Below, piece by piece: positions 62,601 to 64,000 of a stretch of 64,000 nt of DNA. Numbering within the stretch: the first letter of the stretch is position 1; every line of letters starts with the position of its first letter. This DNA comes from Lytechinus pictus. Lineage: Eukaryota. The stretch spans positions 13,020,001 to 13,084,000 of the forward strand of contig NC_087251.1 in NCBI RefSeq assembly GCF_037042905.1, read 5' to 3'. The position numbers and the translations under genes were made by a program. The notes under the pieces are model-generated. The model saw only the letters and a program-made list of their open reading frames with translations, was not told the DNA's origin and did no database searches.

Positions 62601-64000
62601 CCCTCGTATTTCTTTCGCTGAGTTGTCTTAGAATGTTAATGTCCATCTTGTTTTCAGAAATGTTCGATGCAAGGAGATGTTTTACATGTATTTGACCTCC
62701 ATTGTCAGAAACTGGAACACGCCGTAATGTGTTATTGATAAAAATTGATACCCAAGCTAACGGTTGCCCCAGGTATATTTGATGATGAGCCTTTATGATT
62801 CAATACCCGATATCAGTGGTATTTTTGTTACTATAAAACATTGATCATACTATACTCAAAGTTAAGATTGGGAGAATTGATGTGGACGAAATAAACGATC
62901 ATCTGTACTGGTTTCTGAATTAGTACTCAAAATTTCCACCGCTGATAATTATAAAGATGATAGAGCTTTGGTATGGTAATATCTTGAGGTATCACTTGTT
63001 GATGTAGAAGGAATCATAGTACATTTTTATACTCTACATTATGATTTATTACTTAATAAATTGTGATTTCATTAATTAATTTTTTTCTTTTTTAGTTGAT
63101 TTTCATTTACTGATTAATTAATTAATTTCTTTCTTATCTATCTATTATTGTTGTCTTTAATTTATTCCGTAATAAAATAATTCATCTGTGCAGTCATAGG
63201 CCCTATGTCAATTATGTATAAAGGCCTGTTATGCATTGTATGCAACATTATTTTGGTTTATTTCACAGGGGGGCGTTAGCAGTTATTTTTTTATTTTCTA
63301 TTCCCTTTGATCATTCGAATTCACAAAGTCAATACTAACCGTCTGATGTGAGAGCGCCTAACCTAAATACCATCGATTTCCCTCCTCTTTCTGGTTGCTT
63401 TCATGTAAAAAACGACCCAATTTTCCAGCTGACTCATCCTTCATCTCACAACGACCCACCTTTTCCATCCTCCTTTACTCTACTTTTCCCTCCAAGAGAT
63501 GAAAATAATTACCCCAAATTACTTTTTTTAAGAGACAAAGAGCCCACATCACCATTTTATAAGTAGATGACCTGGTTACCTCCGTGTTGGTTTTTCCCTC
63601 GACACAGTTTGCGCAAGAAAGCATCAATTTTTGTCGCATTACCCTCGTTTTCTGCGTACGGAAATGTGATAGAAACTTGATGCATGCTTGGGGTGTCTTG
63701 TTGATGCTCTGTGACCTACCTGTAAATGCCTTTTTGGCGTTACCCATTACAAACTAAAGGCAGGTAAGCGGTTGAAGTTACGAAATTCATCAAAGTTCAT
63801 TTTGTTCATGGAAAATTATCTTTAATGATACGAGTTTTCGTTTTTCATGATATTGTATTAAAACACTGGACAAATGTATGAATGGGAGAAACAAAGTTAG
63901 TGGTCATGATAAAGCGCACAGGCAATCGATAGTTTTTCTCCCTGCCTGCCATATTGCAACGGTGAATAGTGCAAATGCGGCGACATATATGATGATATAT

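Overview
AT-rich animal genomic DNA, most likely a sea urchin or other echinoderm (inferred from the repeat types, not shown directly). One protein-coding gene is supported: a + strand TADA2B (Ada2b, SAGA HAT-module adapter). Thirteen coding exons (1518-49899) splice in phase from the SANT domain through the SWIRM domain to the stop codon. The N-terminal ZZ-finger exons lie upstream of the window. A 41-nt exon sits between a 25.5-kb and a 9.8-kb intron. The rest of the window is intronic or intergenic and full of non-autonomous mobile elements: tRNA-derived SINEs, many MITEs, two Helentron-type (HINE/pearl/Tsp-like) elements with tandem arrays, a hAT transposase fossil, a TU-like foldback element and an AcademH-like element with a RecQ-helicase remnant. 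The most unusual signal is pervasive TA>TACATGTA and TA>TAC(A/T)GTA micro-insertions. These can be seen directly as insertions in otherwise homologous repeat monomers and look like Tc1/mariner-type excision footprints. Almost all ORFs in the supplied track are spurious.
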